From the NCBI RefSeq assembly GCF_964204645.1, contig NC_134032.1, positions 992,001-1,056,000 of the forward strand: 64,000 nucleotides of DNA. Reading direction: 5' to 3'. This DNA is from Tubulanus polymorphus (Eukaryota; Animalia; Nemertea). How positions within the stretch are numbered: the first letter of the stretch is position 1; each line of letters starts with the position of its first letter. Below the pieces are notes generated by a model, which worked only from the letters and a program-made list of their open reading frames with translations, made no database searches and was not told where the DNA came from. Of the stretch, positions 60,778 to 64,000 are shown one piece after another. Made by a program: the position numbers and the translations under genes.

Positions 60778-61740
60778 TTAATTTTGAAGTTTTGATCCTG
60801 AAGAAGGATTTTTACACACGAGATTAGCGGTAGCATTCCGAAATTTAGCGTTCGTCACGCAGTAGATGAAAAAATTACCACACGAATCTATAACTGTCAG
60901 CAACAACGAAACCTTACGAAACGCCATCTTTGTTTCATACGACACCGGGTACTTTATTTCTGATAAAGCCATTACACGATCTAGACTGCCCGGCATTTCG
61001 CAGATAAAAAAGAATATCACGACAGTCGATACCATTTTGAGAATCTGTTTGTCTTGTTGATTATCTCTTTGGAACAATAATGCCACCGATTGTGAATGAA
61101 TATTTATCCGAAATGATGTATTTATTTTTGATATTTCGGTCCATAATCGCGAGCTGTCTATTATTGTATAGACGTATTGACCAGACCTTAGACAGGGCCA
61201 TCTCCACAGAGATGGAATCCGTTCCGGTACGACAAATTGCCAGAACAAACCGAAGCTGATCAGCGCTAGGACTGATAAAAAAATTATCACAGTTCGCGTT
61301 CTAAGGATGTTTTGGTGATTGAACGGAAATTGGACGGCGAGTAGTCGCTCTAAACTGACCAGAATCACCGTCCAGTTGCGTAACAACTGCAGCGGAAAAT
61401 AAAACGGCAGCGCTATGTACATGATACGCTTGCCAAACGTCCAATCGTCGAACCGGAAAACAAAGTCACCTATTGTCGAATATACGTACAAAACGCGAAC
61501 TGGGTACATCAAAAACATGTCTAACGAGAAAAGCAAATCAAAGATAGCTAGAATATTGATACCGCGATAAGAATCTGGTCTTTTGAGACGATGGAGTACG
61601 ATTGATGTGATGATGTTGACGACGATTGCCGTGAAGCAGACCGGACCGATAACGCACACGTAAAGATAGAAACTGAATTGCGTGTACCACATTACCGGCG
61701 GTATATCCGCTTGAGAACACGCGCTGCTGCTGATATTCAT
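60778..61740 (-). CDS. Intronless FMRFamide-receptor-like GPCR, apparently lacking TM5
   Basis: LAIFDL, VSLERLLAVQFPF, FFICEMP, NFFIYCVTNAKFR; only six hydrophobic segments. Confidence 0.8.
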   Translation of the reverse strand: MNISSSACSQADIPPVMWYTQFSFYLYVCVIGPVCFTAIVVNIITSIVLHRLKRPDSYRGINILAIFDLLFSLDMFLMYPVRVLYVYSTIGDFVFRFDDWTFGKRIMYIALPFYFPLQLLRNWTVILVSLERLLAVQFPFNHQNILRTRTVIIFLSVLALISFGLFWQFVVPERIPSLWRWPCLRSGQYVYTIIDSSRLWTEISKINTSFRINIHSQSVALLFQRDNQQDKQILKMVSTVVIFFFICEMPGSLDRVMALSEIKYPVSYETKMAFRKVSLLLTVIDSCGNFFIYCVTNAKFRNATANLVCKNPSSGSKLQN

Positions 61741-63177
61741 CTCGGTTAACGTCTCTCGATGATCTCCGCACTAATTTGCTCGTAGGCAGCATATTTTTAA
61801 CGGAACCAATTACAGATGAAGCGAGTTAAAATGAACTTAAAAACGAAGCTTTGAATTACAAATATGGTCGATAATTGAAATGCGAGAATTTTACTTTTTT
61901 TATGCGTCTAATTGGTAAAAACATGATCTAATAAGGTATGTGTGACTAAATTACTACACCATTTCATTAGACAGTGCCTCGTGTGTGTCGGATTGGTGTT
62001 GCAGGGTTGGTCTCTCCCTCTCTTTAAATGGTGCCAAAGTGTTCGCAAGTCACTCCTGATTCTTTCTATGGCACAATACCGTTGTTTTTCGAAGTTCAAT
62101 GGTAGACGTTTCTAAATTCATGTTTTTTAGCCGACAATTTGCATGTTTGAAAACTAATCGCGGCTGAAAGTTGTTGCTGTTGTAGTTAGCGTCATGTTTG
62201 TCCATCCATACATCCTTTGAAGGGTCATTCGAGCTGTACCAAAATCCACAGCAACTGAACGAATGCTTTATTTCCTCCACGAACTTTTGTTACATCGCTC
62301 TTTTGAATGTCGTCTGCTGGTGCACAACGATTCGTTTTTCGCTCATATTTTCGTGGCATCTGGAAATTTGAAGAAAAAAAACATTTTAATAACGGACATT
62401 TGGTATAATACGGTAGCTACAATGACAAATTTCAGAACATTTTTTTCGAAATAATCATAAGTTATTTTGGCCACTATAAAAACTGTTGATAGCAGCTAGT
62501 CGATAGCCTAATAATCCAAAACAGTCGAAGGGAGAGTTGGGACACCGTGCGGGGAGGTTGGGCAATGGACCATCTAGTCCACCTTTGAGTTTGCCAACAC
62601 TCACAAAACCCGCCACTTTTATCAATTCCAAAAATGTCTGACATTATTTCACCATAAGAATTTCAAAAAAGCTTTGATGAAAAAGACGACTTTTACACCT
62701 TTCTCATTAGAACAAGTGGCGATATTTTACAGTTTTCCATTTTGCAATTAGAACTCGGTTTTTACTTTCTTCTGGACCTTATACTATCTTATCTCAACTC
62801 TCTTCGTGGCCAAACTCTCCCAAGCCTCCTCTATGCCGAACTTAGTTCAACATGTTGTTTGAGTGAAACAGAGGTCAGATTCTAAATCCATAGATCCAGT
62901 TGCACCGATTCACATATACATAACCAGTATTATGATGACTACATATGATTTGATATAATATATATGACAAAGACATTGATAATAATTTTTGCGCTACTAA
63001 CATTGTGTGACAAATTGACTCTAACTCGCCACGGACAACAGTGGTTGGTTACGGCTGAATTAGATAATCATTACAGGACAGAAGCTAATGAAAGCTAGCG
63101 GCAACATCCCTCGGGGGAGATGCGTCTATAGGGCACAATCTCGCTAACATTTGCGGCAATATTCGAGATCGTTGAAG

Positions 63178-64000
63178 ATGAACAGGACAGCCGGTCCCAT
63201 TGGACGACCGTACAGCTCTTACACGGTACTGCGCAGTATCGTCAACGCGCCGGTCAACGTCAGGCTGTCGTTGTTGATAATCGGCCCGGTCATCTATTCA
63301 ACCGCTGTTTTCGGCAACGTGGCCGCATTTCTAATCATGATCAGCGAGAAATTCCGACAACATTCGTACGCTAATTACCTGTCGACGTTAGCGGTCACCG
63401 ATCTGGGAACGGCTACATTCTTGTTACTGATGCCGGAGATAAACTATTTCCTGACCGAGTCAGCCGCCGGTGCCGGTATCAAGCACTGGTTCCTGTTGAG
63501 GAATCTGACGCAATGCGTCGTGTACGAATACTCCTATAACCTGATCGCGGGTATGAGCACGTGTCTAGTGGTTGCTATAGCGATTGAAAGGTTCATTGTT
63601 GTAACGTTCCCGTTCGCTGCTAAGACGCTGTGTACCCCGCGCTCAGCTCGTCTAGTCATTAGCGGCTTGTTTCTGTTCAACTCGCTGTTCTCTCTGTTCG
63701 CGTCTCTGATCATAAGATTCTCGCCCAGTCTCGGCTGCTATGATAGAACGCCCTACCTCAGCGCCATGCGCACTATTCTATCTATAGTTTTACGCACGGT
63801 GGTTACGTATATTCTGGTGTCCGTATTCAACGTGCTTATAGTCTATCGTTTGGTTAAGGGACGCGATTTCGGCCACGGTTCGTCGAAAAATGCGAAAACC
63901 AACCGCACCACGTTGATTCTGATGCTGGTGTGCGCGGTATTCTTGTTAACCCACCTCCCTAGTGCCGTCAACTCGATCATGTTCAGAATTGTCGGTAAAA
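63178..64000 (+). CDS. Intronless rhodopsin-class GPCR, 3'-truncated by window end (not in ORF track)
   Basis: MNRTAGPIGRPYSSYTVLRS...VFGNVAAFLIM...YLSTLAVTDLG...AIERFIVVTFPF...FLLTHLP; open to 64000. Confidence 0.88.
   Translation, partial: MNRTAGPIGRPYSSYTVLRSIVNAPVNVRLSLLIIGPVIYSTAVFGNVAAFLIMISEKFRQHSYANYLSTLAVTDLGTATFLLLMPEINYFLTESAAGAGIKHWFLLRNLTQCVVYEYSYNLIAGMSTCLVVAIAIERFIVVTFPFAAKTLCTPRSARLVISGLFLFNSLFSLFASLIIRFSPSLGCYDRTPYLSAMRTILSIVLRTVVTYILVSVFNVLIVYRLVKGRDFGHGSSKNAKTNRTTLILMLVCAVFLLTHLPSAVNSIMFRIVGK

Overview
Repeat-rich eukaryotic (invertebrate, lophotrochozoan-like) genomic DNA; no prokaryotic features or CRISPR. Host genes: a six-coding-exon EXTL3 on the minus strand (CDS 23342 to 15837, 921 aa when spliced), a divergently oriented ZNF706 (32021-32348), three near-identical tandem intronless rhodopsin-class GPCRs (38.7-44.8 kb) and a divergent GPCR pair at the right end (one lacks TM5, one runs off the window). 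The rest is mobile DNA and satellites: a ~1.03 kb Gag-derived tandem array with A/B dimer structure, three solo LTRs with 4-bp TSDs, BEL/Pao, Kolobok-like and Sola2-like relics, piggyBac/Harbinger/Mutator-type MITEs and many minisatellites. Most notable: (1) a 2.95-kb TSD-bounded Gypsy-type insertion combining integrase, an intact chromodomain and a splice-acceptor-led env-like fusion protein, antisense to its LTR-like end and PBS; (2) GPCR duplicates 2 and 3 fused to the upstream region and first codons of a different GPCR; (3) five tandem 5' splice sites at the ZNF706 stop codon; (4) 9-bp-TSD MITEs with tRNA-like Pol III boxes. All calls are by eye; no searches were run.
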